From Bdellovibrionales bacterium (lineage in GTDB: Bacteria; Bdellovibrionota; Bdellovibrionia; Bdellovibrionales; JAGQZY01), in assembly GCA_965219545.1 (NCBI GenBank), contig CBDCNX010000002.1, positions 20,761 to 84,760 on the forward strand: DNA of 64,000 bases, given 5' to 3'. Of this stretch, positions 9,321 through 18,870 are shown one piece after another. The translations under genes and the position numbers were made by a program. Position 1 is the first letter of the stretch. Every line of letters begins with the position of its first letter. Under the pieces are notes generated by a model. It was given only the letters and a program-made list of their open reading frames with translations. It made no database searches and had not been told where the DNA came from.

Positions 9321-10374
9321 AAACTTGAAAACAGACAATTCCTCTCCCAAAGTTTTTGAACAGAGAAAAAAGGACCACATCAGTCTTTCATTAAAAAGCC
9401 AGAGCCAGGCCCTAAACAACCAGTTTTCCTTTTTAAAATTTCAACACAACCCTCTTCCTGAAATTGATTTTCACGAGGTTCAATTAAAAACCCGGGTTTT
9501 TGGTAAAGATCTAAAATCACCCCTTTTTGTCAGCTCCATGACCTTGGGGCATGAAAAGGCTTCTGCTATTAACAACATTCTCATCTCCCAATGCAGGAAA
9601 AGGGGATGGATGATGGGGGTGGGGTCCCAAAGAAGACAGCTTTTTGATCCTTCAGCCTTCAAAGAATGTGAATCACTGAGGTCGGACTTTCCCGATGTTG
9701 TGCTTTTTGGTAATCTGGGGCTTTCCCAACTCATCACAACTCCGGTGGATAAAATCCAAAGTCTTGTGGATTCCCTGAAAGCCCAGTTCATGGTGATCCA
9801 CACCAATCCCCTGCAGGAGGCTCTTCAACCGGAAGGCACTCCACTTTTCAAGGGGGGAATGAAGGCTCTGGAAAAGCTTTGCGGAAAACTCAACTGCCCT
9901 GTGGTTTTAAAGGAAACAGGCTGTGGTTTTTCCCTGGAAAGCTTTAAGTGTTTGACAGGATTGGGTTTGGCCGCCATTGATGTCAGTGGTTTTGGAGGAA
10001 CTCACTGGGGAAGAGTTGAAGGTTTAAGGCAAAAGGAAACGGATATGGGATACAAAGTAGCCAATACTTTTTTTAACTGGGGTCTGTCCACAGTGGAATC
10101 CCTGGAAAACGGTCTTGAATCCGGCTTTGATGGAGAACTTTGGGCTTCAGGAGGTGTGCGTAGTGGTCTGGATGCCGCCAAATCACTGGCTCTGGGAGCT
10201 TCCAAAGTGGGCTATGCCCAGCCCATTCTGGAAGCCGCTCTCAAAGGAAGTCAAAGTCTTTCAGAAAAAATGACTCAACTGGAGCAGGAATTGAAGGTGA
10301 CTTTGTTCTGTCTCGGGCTTACTAATATTGAATCCCTCATTGGCCAAAAGGAGCTTTTGTCATGGCAGACATAG
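9268..10374 (+). CDS. fni: type 2 (FMN-dependent) isopentenyl-diphosphate isomerase
   Basis: SSMTLGH...MGVGSQR...IHTNPLQEALQPEG...VLKETGCGFS...IDVSGFGGTHW...ASGGVRSGLDAAKSLALGA. The real start may be the TTG at 9325, just after the rplT stop, rather than the overlapping ATG at 9268. Confidence 0.85.
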   Translation: MMQKVFPKLYNKPCPPTENLKTDNSSPKVFEQRKKDHISLSLKSQSQALNNQFSFLKFQHNPLPEIDFHEVQLKTRVFGKDLKSPLFVSSMTLGHEKASAINNILISQCRKRGWMMGVGSQRRQLFDPSAFKECESLRSDFPDVVLFGNLGLSQLITTPVDKIQSLVDSLKAQFMVIHTNPLQEALQPEGTPLFKGGMKALEKLCGKLNCPVVLKETGCGFSLESFKCLTGLGLAAIDVSGFGGTHWGRVEGLRQKETDMGYKVANTFFNWGLSTVESLENGLESGFDGELWASGGVRSGLDAAKSLALGASKVGYAQPILEAALKGSQSLSEKMTQLEQELKVTLFCLGLTNIESLIGQKELLSWQT

Positions 10375-11684
10375 AACATCTGTTTAGAGGTTTTTCCAAA
10401 CTCAATCGGGATCAAAGGTTTCAACGTCTCCTTGAAATGAAAGCCCTCACAAAAGGTGACATTGAATACCTTAAAACCGGTGGAGTTCACGACTTGTCTT
10501 TAGCGGATAACTTTATTGAAAACTCCATAGGTTATTTTCAACTCCCTTTGGGGGTGGCCACCAACTTTAATATTGACGGCACGGACCGAATCATTCCCAT
10601 GGCCGTTGAAGAAACATCCATCATAGCGGCAGCCAGTAAAACCGCCAGATGGGTTCGACAGAATGGAAAAATCACCACATCCATCAAAGGACAAAGCATT
10701 TTGGGGCAAATCCAGATCGGGAAGGTCAAAAACTTCCAAAAACTGGAAAAACTTCTGACTGATAAAAAGCGGGAGTGGATAAGACAGGCCAATGAACAGG
10801 TGGCCCCGGGTATGGTCCATCGTGGTGGGGGTGTTGAGGATATTATCCTTCGCTCTGTGAACTCCGAAAAAGGTCAGAACATGGCCGTTTTTCATGTTCA
10901 TTTCAACCCCTGTGATGCCATGGGAGCCAATGTTATCAATCAGATCTGTGAGTACCTGAAAACCCCCATTGAACAGGCCAGTGGTGAAAGGGTCACCATG
11001 TGTATTCTCTCCAATCTGACAGACAGTAAACTCACCCAAGCCCAGGTCATCCTGGAAAACATTGAAAAGGAAATGGGTGAAAAAATCGAAGAAGCCTCCC
11101 TTTTTGCCGAAAGTGACCCCTACAGAGCGGCCACAAACAACAAAGGGGTTCTCAATGGCATTGACCCCATTCTTATTGCCACAGGCAATGACTGGAGAGC
11201 TGTGGAAGCTGGAATCCACGCTTTTGCCAGCCGGGAAGGTCAATACCGTTCCATCACAAAATGGCGTTATAACAATGGAACCCTTATTGGAAATTTTAAG
11301 GCTCCCCTTGTTGTGGGAACTGTGGGCGGAGTGACATCCCTTCATCCCACAGCCCGCTTGTGCCTTGAAATGCTCAATGTCAAAAAGGCTTCCGAACTGT
11401 CCCGTGTTTGTGCCGCCGTTGGTTTGGTTCAAAATCTGGGAGCCATCAAAGCACTGACCACTGTGGGTATCATCGAGGGACACATGAAACTTCATATTAA
11501 AAATCTCACCATTGGGGTGGGAGCTTCCAAAGAGGAAAGTCAGCCTTTGCAAAAAAAACTGGAACAGCTTCTGGCCGTAAAAAAGCGAATCTCCCACAGT
11601 GATGCCTGGAAAATCCTACAGAGAATCAGAAAGTTGCAACTCACCAGGGACAGAAGGGTTTTAGCCAACGATTCCTCTTCCTGA
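10362..11684 (+). CDS. mvaA: class II hydroxymethylglutaryl-CoA reductase
   Basis: ENSIGYFQLPLGVATNF.IDG....IPMAVEETSIIAAASK, DAMGANVINQ and VGTVGG. Overlaps fni by 13 nt. Confidence 0.9.
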   Translation: MADIEHLFRGFSKLNRDQRFQRLLEMKALTKGDIEYLKTGGVHDLSLADNFIENSIGYFQLPLGVATNFNIDGTDRIIPMAVEETSIIAAASKTARWVRQNGKITTSIKGQSILGQIQIGKVKNFQKLEKLLTDKKREWIRQANEQVAPGMVHRGGGVEDIILRSVNSEKGQNMAVFHVHFNPCDAMGANVINQICEYLKTPIEQASGERVTMCILSNLTDSKLTQAQVILENIEKEMGEKIEEASLFAESDPYRAATNNKGVLNGIDPILIATGNDWRAVEAGIHAFASREGQYRSITKWRYNNGTLIGNFKAPLVVGTVGGVTSLHPTARLCLEMLNVKKASELSRVCAAVGLVQNLGAIKALTTVGIIEGHMKLHIKNLTIGVGASKEESQPLQKKLEQLLAVKKRISHSDAWKILQRIRKLQLTRDRRVLANDSSS

Positions 11685-11692
11685 GATCAAGT

Positions 11693-11766
11693 TATACTGA
11701 TCGTGTTTGAGTTTTCATGGAATTTCTCTATGGAAATAGCATGAAAAATAAATGATCTTTAGTATA
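11693..11766. repeat. 74-bp palindromic repeat R1
   Basis: TATACTGATCGTGTTTGAGTTTTCATGGAATTTCTCTATGGAAATAGCATGAAAAATAAATGATCTTTAGTATA. It is the reverse complement of the copy at 40023..40096. Confidence 0.9.
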
Positions 11767-11816
11767 AATTATGTTTGAATTTTCCCGTTTTTGATTGGAG
11801 AGATAACACCTTGCCA

Positions 11817-12812
11817 ATGTCTTTTTGTTTTGAAATTCCCAGTAAAACTTTTGTGATCGGCGAGTACCTGGCTTTGGAGGGAACAGCGTCCATGCTTTTG
11901 GCCACAAAACCCTGTTTCATTGTCAAAACAAAAAGTGTGTCCCCTCACCTTGAAAATTCTGAAGACTCCGATAGATTATTCACTGAGTTTCATCCCGACA
12001 GCCCCGCCGGAAAACTGTGTAGACAACTCAAACAAAAAGAAACTTATTTTATTGAAGACCCCCATGAAAATGGTGGAGGCTTTGGACGTTCCACAGCCGA
12101 GTATCTCTCTGTATTCATCCATGACCTGATTCTAAAGAAAAAAAGTTTCAACTCAACAGAAAATTCCCGTACAGTTTCACCTGTTGAAGAAACCAAAACC
12201 CCGGAAATAGAGTTTTACAGAGGAAAACAGGAAGTCAATGAGTTCATTCTTAATAACCTGCGGAGTTTTATTGCCACCTACCAAAGCTGCGTTTCCAATT
12301 ACAAACCCAGTGGAGCGGATCTTGTGGCTCAGGTCTGTGGCGGTCTCTGTTGGTATGACGGTATGAATTTTTCCTGTGAACAGTTGGGTTGGCCTTTTCC
12401 GGGTTATGATATCTGCATTTTCAAAACCGGTTACAAGCAAAAAACCCACAAACATCTCAGGGACATAAAAAACAAAAATCTTAAACTCCTTATACCCACG
12501 TTAATCTCAGCCAGACTCTCCCTGGAACAGGCCAACTTGAGAATGTTTTGTCAATCCATCAACGATTATTACGATATTTTAGGGGGATTGGGTCTCAGTG
12601 ACCCAAAAGTTCAGGCCCGTGTTCACCGGTTAAGGGAACAACCTGAAGTTTTGGCGGCCAAAGCCTGTGGAGCCATGGGCATGGACACAGTCCTGATCAT
12701 CTCCCGCCTGTCCGATGAAAACAAAGTCAGGAAATTTGCAGAAGAACAGGGTTTTTCCCTGGTCTCTCAACTAAAACAAAGCCATCCTGGAGTTTGTTAC
12801 AGTTTGTATTGA
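11817..12812 (+). CDS. GHMP-family kinase (phosphomevalonate/mevalonate kinase-like)
   Basis: N-terminal PSKTFVIGEYLALEG, GGGFGRSTAEY (GHMP motif II-like) and KACGAMGMDTVLI. The start is taken at MSFCF because the track TTG at 11775 lies next to the repeat. Confidence 0.6.
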   Translation: MSFCFEIPSKTFVIGEYLALEGTASMLLATKPCFIVKTKSVSPHLENSEDSDRLFTEFHPDSPAGKLCRQLKQKETYFIEDPHENGGGFGRSTAEYLSVFIHDLILKKKSFNSTENSRTVSPVEETKTPEIEFYRGKQEVNEFILNNLRSFIATYQSCVSNYKPSGADLVAQVCGGLCWYDGMNFSCEQLGWPFPGYDICIFKTGYKQKTHKHLRDIKNKNLKLLIPTLISARLSLEQANLRMFCQSINDYYDILGGLGLSDPKVQARVHRLREQPEVLAAKACGAMGMDTVLIISRLSDENKVRKFAEEQGFSLVSQLKQSHPGVCYSLY

Positions 12813-12826
12813 AAGACTGTTTATTC

Positions 12827-12906
12827 TATACTGATCGTATTTGAAATTTCGTGAATTCAATTCATGGATTTTATCTTTCAAAGATCGTTTATTGTCTTTA
12901 AGTGTA
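12827..12906. repeat. degenerate R1 copy
   Basis: TATACTGATCGTATTTGAAATTTCGTGAATTC...AAGATCGTTTATTGTCTTTAAGTGTA. Confidence 0.6.
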
Positions 12907-12918
12907 AAGGAGAAAAAT

Positions 12919-13578
12919 ATGAAACTTTTTCACTACGATCACTGTCCTTATTGTGTAAAGGTACGAATGTTATTGGGATTCAAAAACATAAATTTTGAAT
13001 TGATAACACTTCTCAATGACGACGAACAAACACCCCTTCAAATGATTGGTCAGAAAATGGTCCCCATTTTACAAAAACCCGATGGAAGTTTTCTCTCCGA
13101 AAGTCTCGATATTATTTCCTATATTGATTCTCTTTCGGATTTTGGAAAACCCGTGGTGCATCCTTCCAAAGAGGATTCCCGATTGAGCAAGTGGTTTGAA
13201 GAATCCCGTCTTTCCATCTACGGTTTAGCCATGCCCCGATGGGTTAAGATGGGTCTTGAGGAGTTTGCCACTCCGTCAGCCATTGATTACTTTGTTAATA
13301 AAAAAGAGAAAATGATTGGTTCTTTTAAGGAACACCTGGATCGCAGTGATGAACTTATTGAAAAAGCCCAAAAGTCTCTCAAAAATCTGGAGTCTCTTGT
13401 TTCACCAAAACCTTTTTTCTGGGGTGAAATTTTGAATCTTGATGATTTCCATGTTTTTGCCAGTCTTCGCTCTTTAACGACCGTCAGAAATCTGACCTTT
13501 CCAGAAAAAATCAACGAATACATGATTTTCATGGAGAAAAAAACCAAAGTCCCCCTCTATTGGGAAAAAGCTCTGTAG
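12919..13578 (+). CDS. grxB: glutaredoxin 2
   Basis: MKLFHYDHCPYCVKVRMLLGFKNI.FEL..LLNDDEQTPL.MIGQKMVPILQK.DG closely parallels E. coli Grx2. AAGGAG lies 7 nt upstream. The track start at 12841 is inside a repeat. Confidence 0.85.
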   Translation: MKLFHYDHCPYCVKVRMLLGFKNINFELITLLNDDEQTPLQMIGQKMVPILQKPDGSFLSESLDIISYIDSLSDFGKPVVHPSKEDSRLSKWFEESRLSIYGLAMPRWVKMGLEEFATPSAIDYFVNKKEKMIGSFKEHLDRSDELIEKAQKSLKNLESLVSPKPFFWGEILNLDDFHVFASLRSLTTVRNLTFPEKINEYMIFMEKKTKVPLYWEKAL

Positions 13579-13698
13579 TCGGTCCTGAAATTTGACGCAG
13601 GTTTCAGGAAGGGATCTTTTAAAAAACCAAAGTTTGTAAACACTTAATAACACATAAGCGGGAAGGCTACACAAGCCTCTTATTTCTGGATCTTTCAG
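13576..13698 (+). repeat. long MITE-like element (family R3), copy A
   Basis: Starts TAGTCGGTCCTGAAATTTGACGCAGGTTTCAGG. The interior ..CCAAAGTTTGTAAACACTTAATAACACA..CTTATTTCTGGAT is shared (reverse complemented) with 29671..29815 and 50148..50232. It supplies the grxB stop codon. Confidence 0.7.
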
Positions 13699-14258
13699 GG
13701 TGATATCCTATATTGATCCTTTAATAAAAGATCGAGGTTTACTGGGAGAAGGACAGTTCGATAGAATCAAGTCATTAAAATTCTGACTCCCTCACAAAAA
13801 AGGTGTTCAGTCTGGACTTGAAAAACTTAGATGGGCAATACTTCTAATACTTCTCAATTTCTTAAAAAACGCTTTTTATGCTTCTTATACTCCAGAGGAT
13901 CTTCCGGGCTATGAGAGTAATACAGTGGAAAAAGTGATAAATATGAGTGAAGGCCTTGAAACCCTGGGTGTTTCAAAGGATCAATGCAGTCATTATTAGA
14001 ATCGGAGTCAATAATAATTTTAATTTTTGACTATTTAAGAATTTTTAGAGTCATTTTTCAGTGATTCTCAATGGATATCAGTGATCAGAAATAATTCACA
14101 ACACAAATACCCAATCGGAAAATTAAAGTTATTTCAGTTGTATACCGATAATATTTACTGGGATGTAGAGGGAGTTAAAACCCTTAAAGTGAATGGGTGT
14201 GGTTTTTTAAATCTCTGGTTTTGAATTTAGTTTTTGAAACCAAAGAGAGGAGCAAGGT

Positions 14259-15689
14259 ATGGTCCATCGTTTATTACATCCCCGGTTTTCTCAAATTGGG
14301 AAAACAGTCAATTTCAATTTCCAGTCTTTTTTTTTCAGAATTTATCCATTGGCAATACATTTTTTTATTATTTGTGTTTTTTTCTTTTGTTACTTGAGTG
14401 TGGCTAGGGCGAAAGTCAGAAAAGCAAAGATTGACAGACAAATGATTGAAGCTCTCGACAATTCCATGAACAGCATTGATAATGTGGAGCTTGTTTTAAA
14501 GAGGTTTTTTAAAACTCAAAAAGACTATCGTGAAATTGACAGAGATCTGGCTCTTCTGGCAAAAAGCGGGATAACAAAAATGAATTTGCATTTTAAACTC
14601 AGAGGCAGGGAAGTTTTTTTGAAATCAGGAAAGAAAACAGTATTTAAATTCAGGCCCTTGACTGCAGGGGATAAAATCAGGGATTTTACTTTTAATGTCA
14701 ATGGTCAAAAATTTTTTATAGATCCCAATCGCTCTTATTCTTATCATAAAAAGCGAATGAGAAGTCTTCTTGGTATATCAAGGCAAAGTCTTTTTGAAAG
14801 TCTTGTTGTTAAAGAAGCTTGGGCTGTGTTTGTTTTTGCTATTCCTCCTGTTACTGCTGTTATTTCTGGTGTTGTTAGTGTGACTACATGGGGTTGGAGA
14901 ATTTTAACTGCAGCCGGAACTATATCTTATGCAAAAGCAGTTATAGCAGATGCTGCTGAGGCTGTAACGACGGAAACTGGAGAAATAGAGGAAGATGATG
15001 GAGAGTCTTCTGTGACAGATGGTGGTGGTGAAAGTGCGTCTGCCGCCGAGTCATCTGATTGTTATGCCATAGATAAGAAGAAATTTTATTACAATTGTAA
15101 AAACAATGAATGGAGAATATTTGATCCGGGAATCGGTCAGGGTAAAAATTGTACTCAAAACAAGAGTTATTGTGGATTGAATCTCAACTACACTCACTTT
15201 AAAAATCCAGGAGGGACTGGCGGTGGAAAAGAAAAATGTGTTGAAAAAAGGACTCGAAATGGAGTGGGTATTGCGGGTTACACCCATCGTGATTGTGCCA
15301 GTGGGGGTCAAGAGTGTTTAAAGGAAAAAAAGGCCATTGATATATGCAATCGGGCGGGTTATGCAAAGTTATATACGAATAATAATTTATTGTTTTTGCA
15401 GGAACGCCTGTCAGAACTTATCAATAAAAGTATTCCAAAAGATTCCAGGCTTCCTTATAAGGATGACTTTCAGGACCAAAACTGTATTGAATTTGCAGAA
15501 GGAGATGTTGAAGATAGTGATAAGGGTGGCTGGGGAATGAAACGGAAGTGGGCAGGAAAGTACTGTAAAGCAGCCAGAGACACCCATGAAGGTTGTTCCG
15601 TTGCCGCAAAAAAGTGTTCGTCTAAAATCAAAGAGGATCTCACCCAAACTGATTCTTCGGAAAGAAGAAGTACAGGGACGGCTCAATAA
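14259..15689 (+). CDS. hypothetical membrane protein with acidic linker and Cys-rich C-terminal domain
   Basis: Long ORF with an N-terminal TM segment, central TM segments (AWAVFVFAIPPVTAVISGVV), an E/D/S/G-rich linker and 14 Cys in the last ~200 aa. No family recognised. Confidence 0.5.
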   Translation: MVHRLLHPRFSQIGKTVNFNFQSFFFRIYPLAIHFFIICVFFFCYLSVARAKVRKAKIDRQMIEALDNSMNSIDNVELVLKRFFKTQKDYREIDRDLALLAKSGITKMNLHFKLRGREVFLKSGKKTVFKFRPLTAGDKIRDFTFNVNGQKFFIDPNRSYSYHKKRMRSLLGISRQSLFESLVVKEAWAVFVFAIPPVTAVISGVVSVTTWGWRILTAAGTISYAKAVIADAAEAVTTETGEIEEDDGESSVTDGGGESASAAESSDCYAIDKKKFYYNCKNNEWRIFDPGIGQGKNCTQNKSYCGLNLNYTHFKNPGGTGGGKEKCVEKRTRNGVGIAGYTHRDCASGGQECLKEKKAIDICNRAGYAKLYTNNNLLFLQERLSELINKSIPKDSRLPYKDDFQDQNCIEFAEGDVEDSDKGGWGMKRKWAGKYCKAARDTHEGCSVAAKKCSSKIKEDLTQTDSSERRSTGTAQ

Positions 15690-15951
15690 AGGTCAGGAAA
15701 GAAACTTCATAAATTGGGAAAATTTTTCAAGAAGTAATGAATGACCGCCTTAATTTAAACCCAGGGATGGACTGGCATTCAGACTGTTTCAGGATCGACC
15801 TTTTAGTTTTGCGGTCCCCAACCTGTTCTATCTCTCAACACTCTTGTAGACCAGTTTGTAATTTTTACAAAACAAAAAAAAGTTATTGTTCCAGATCAAT
15901 AATAAATATATCTTCGTTAACAATGATTTGTTTCTTCAAAAGGAGGGGGTT

Positions 15952-16281
15952 ATGAAATTAAAATTGATGACTTTTCTTTTATTATTATTGCCTTTTGTGG
16001 CAAATGCCAATGGTGAAGAGTTTTTTTCTAAGTGTGCCTACGAGGATTTAAATGAACAAGTGTATGATTATTTCGTAGACTCTGCATCTGTTGGTGTGAT
16101 GGAAGCAGAGTTGAATGGGTGTCCGACATTTATTACATACGCACACGAAAATGATGTGATGGAAGGTTCTCGTGTGTACTCTTTAAGTCGTATAAATACC
16201 CTTTACTGTGTTTATAGTTCTGCTCCTGATGGCGGAAATACACATTCTTATAAGGTGTCATGTCTTAGGAAATCAGAATAA
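15952..16281 (+). CDS. small secreted hypothetical protein
   Basis: AAGGAGGGGG lies 4 nt before the ATG. Signal peptide MKLKLMTFLLLLLPFVANA. Confidence 0.5.
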   Translation: MKLKLMTFLLLLLPFVANANGEEFFSKCAYEDLNEQVYDYFVDSASVGVMEAELNGCPTFITYAHENDVMEGSRVYSLSRINTLYCVYSSAPDGGNTHSYKVSCLRKSE

Positions 16282-16778
16282 CATTTACTGGCTTTTTTTT
16301 TCAAGATTTCCCCATGAACTTGAAAATAAAAAGATAAAAAGAAGGGAAACACAATCAACCTGTTTTTGTTGACATCAATCCTTCCTGTTCCTTGTGGTTT
16401 GACCAATACATGTTCATTATCCACAAAATCATCCTCCTCGACTGCTCTTTTATATTCCATAAACGTTCCACGATCATAATTTCTTCTACTAGTATAACGT
16501 CTCATTATCTGACTTATGTAATCTTCATAATTAGGATGAACACTTTCTGTATAATTACTATCAATAATAGCCATAACCTTTTTTGTCTTGGGGTTTATGA
16601 CTTCAATCCATGCGTGACGATTCCCCGGGATTAATCCAGTGACAACTTTAGAAGTCAATCCATTGCCATACATCAAAGATCTTTTTTCGATGCCTGAGGT
16701 TATCGGGATTAAAGTCTTTTGGTTTAACGCCAACACGTCGAAGACCCTCATCTCCATTAACAACAGCATTTGTAACAA
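16248..16778 (-). CDS. hypothetical protein, possible transglutaminase-like/cysteine-peptidase core (His-Asp part only)
   Basis: GLIPGNRHAWIEVINPKTKKVMAIIDSN resembles the His...Asp half of transglutaminase-like folds. A candidate Cys (NSCFPSNRSF) lies in another frame (16648..16845), so a frameshift is possible. Confidence 0.3.
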   Translation of the reverse strand: MLQMLLLMEMRVFDVLALNQKTLIPITSGIEKRSLMYGNGLTSKVVTGLIPGNRHAWIEVINPKTKKVMAIIDSNYTESVHPNYEDYISQIMRRYTSRRNYDRGTFMEYKRAVEEDDFVDNEHVLVKPQGTGRIDVNKNRLIVFPFFLSFYFQVHGEILKKKASKCYSDFLRHDTL

Positions 16779-16804
16779 AACTTCTGTTACTAGGGAAGCA
16801 ACTA

Positions 16805-17413
16805 TTAAGTCTTCTCAACGGGATACCACAAGGTTCCCAATTCAAATTCTATAGCTTCAAATGGAAGAGTTGAAACTTTATCATTTTCCTTAAATACGGC
16901 TTGAAGTTTATAAACTTCACCATCAAAAACCAAAATTTCCAGAACCTCAGCCACTGGATCTATAATCCAGTAATAAGGAATATTATTTGCGGCGTATATT
17001 TGCAATTTTGAAACTCTGTCGTAACGATACGTTGATGGAGACGTTATCTCACAAATCCAATCCGGGGGCAATTCAAAGTAAGAAGTTTTTGGCAATTCCG
17101 GAAGACGCTTCCTTTTCCATCCAGCGAGATCAGGCACAACAACATTTTCTTTTTCAGTTCCCTGGGCAGGTCTTTCAAAGTGAAGTTCGGGCTCATCAAC
17201 AATTACCCAATCCCCAGGCCCACCATCTTTTCCAAACTGAAAAGGACCTCCAATTTGAACACCTAATGAAGAGGAAACGCTGGCATGTCTTGGAGACGGC
17301 CTGGGAGAAACAATAAGTTCATTATTAAATATTTCACCAATAACATTCTCTGGTAAATCACAAAGATTTTCCCATAAATTATCATGCTTTTTTGCTTTCT
17401 TGGCTTCACTCAT
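16805..17413 (-). CDS. Uma2-family (DUF820) endonuclease
   Basis: GEI.NNELIVSPRPSPRH, VVPDLAGW, PPDWICEITSPST..YDR..K...YA...IPYYWIIDP..E.LE. This is the typical Uma2 layout. Confidence 0.8.
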   Translation of the reverse strand: MSEAKKAKKHDNLWENLCDLPENVIGEIFNNELIVSPRPSPRHASVSSSLGVQIGGPFQFGKDGGPGDWVIVDEPELHFERPAQGTEKENVVVPDLAGWKRKRLPELPKTSYFELPPDWICEITSPSTYRYDRVSKLQIYAANNIPYYWIIDPVAEVLEILVFDGEVYKLQAVFKENDKVSTLPFEAIEFELGTLWYPVEKT

Positions 17414-17499
17414 ATCACCCTTTATAATTTAATTCATTCTATAAGGAGGGTCAACATTTTCTTGTTTTTTTCTTTATACCGTTTTCCCCGTCAATATAT

Positions 17500-17726
17500 T
17501 GAAGAACTCCTGACAATTTTCAGATAATCATCCATTCGTTTTTCAAAACTTTCCTTACTGACATTGACCAGGGAGGACAGACCAAACTGTTCAACGGTAA
17601 AACTGGCAATCACAGCTCCATGAATGCAAGCCTGTTTGAGGTTTTCAAAACTGATCTCCCGGTTTTTTGATGCCAGGCTGGAGAGGTCATGCCGGTTGTA
17701 TTCAACTGAAAAACGAATTTCCCTGA
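17500..17726 (-). pseudogene. possible C-terminal fragment of a PfkB-like sugar kinase
   Basis: Start-less open frame: ...NLKQACIHGAVIASFTVEQFGLSSL..VSKESFEKRMDDYLKIV*. It resembles PfkB C-termini. No N-terminal part is present. Confidence 0.25.
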
Positions 17727-18047
17727 CTATTTTCCTTCTTTGAGAGCTTTCCTGGCTTTCTTTTTTTTGTGTTTCTCGAATTTTTTCAGCATGGAGGGTT
17801 TTGCTTTGGTTTTTTGTTTTCTTACCAAAGCCTTTGGAGCCACAGCAATATTCAATTCCTTACCTTCAGATCCGAAAATTTCTTTGGTCTGGGATTTCGT
17901 CAGAAACTTTTTATTCAGAACAATCTGATTTTCAGGGTCCAGCTGCAAATATATGAATTCCTTGTCAGCGTGACTGAAGAAACCGTGAACTTCAACACTC
18001 ACTTTGGAAAAACCCATCAGGCTGAATAAAACCAGAATTTTTATCAT
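17727..18047 (-). CDS. small secreted lysine-rich hypothetical protein
   Basis: Signal-like MIKILVLFSLMGFS and a K-rich C-terminus. Confidence 0.45.
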   Translation of the reverse strand: MIKILVLFSLMGFSKVSVEVHGFFSHADKEFIYLQLDPENQIVLNKKFLTKSQTKEIFGSEGKELNIAVAPKALVRKQKTKAKPSMLKKFEKHKKKKARKALKEGK

Positions 18048-18280
18048 AACACCTCCCTAGCCATAATGATCCTGTTTGGAAATTCAGGAATCCCAAAAGG
18101 AACAAACCATGAAATTTCAAATACAACCAGCATAAACAATACTTGATTTTAATGTACACTTTATCTTATTTATTCTTAAATATAAATAAAAAAAGAAGAG
18201 AATGATGGCTAACCAATTGCATAAATCAAGTGTTATGATTTTAATTTCCTTTTTAATCCCGACTTTGGGCTGGTCATTAG

Positions 18281-18829
18281 ATAAAACTATTTCTTTTAAA
18301 TCCGCTTTCAATAAACGGAAACACAAGGTCAATCACCTATGAATATGGATCCCTTGGAAAAAGGGTCCTTCACGATGATGACGGTCAGGCTTCTTTAGTT
18401 GCGTTGCTGGGCCTTATGAAACAGGATTATTTTATTCAGAAGCGTTCCCACGAAGGGTCAATGGGTTCTGTAGAGTTTAGAAATTGGAAGAATTACAGAT
18501 CGGCAGTTGTCGGAAGTCTGTCCCGATTGGAGCAAACTTATAACCAACATGGCCTTTGCAACCATGAGCTCCAGGTTATCAAAGGAGCTTGTTCGGATAT
18601 TAAGCAGTTAAAGGAAACACTGACCCAGGGTTCTGTACCATTCAGTGCTATCTATTCACTTTCAAGCTTCCTAAGAGGTCTGGATGGTATCGGTCTTGTA
18701 CACACCTATCGTGTTGATCGACAAGACCCGAATGGAAACAAATTACAGGCTTCAAACTGGCAGGTGGCCCATCACCGCAACCTGCGGCTCGTTCAGCCCG
18801 TCAGGGATCCAGAGCCACCAACTGATTGA
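18281..18829 (+). CDS. hypothetical protein; the open frame upstream of the annotated start carries one YD/Rhs-like repeat
   Basis: The frame is open from 18281. It reads NGNTRSITYEYGSLGKRVLHDDDG (a YD-repeat-like motif) before the track start at 18404. No canonical start codon lies upstream. Confidence 0.3.
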   Translation: MKLFLLNPLSINGNTRSITYEYGSLGKRVLHDDDGQASLVALLGLMKQDYFIQKRSHEGSMGSVEFRNWKNYRSAVVGSLSRLEQTYNQHGLCNHELQVIKGACSDIKQLKETLTQGSVPFSAIYSLSSFLRGLDGIGLVHTYRVDRQDPNGNKLQASNWQVAHHRNLRLVQPVRDPEPPTD

Positions 18830-18870
18830 TTTCCTGATGAATAAAATCTGAATGATTCAGTCAAATTTTT

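Noticed and set aside
10500-11597. 365-aa ORF antisense to the HMG-CoA reductase gene
   Set aside because: The sense strand carries unmistakable class II HMGR motifs. The antisense ORF has no recognisable motifs and a Gly/Phe-rich composition typical of shadow ORFs.
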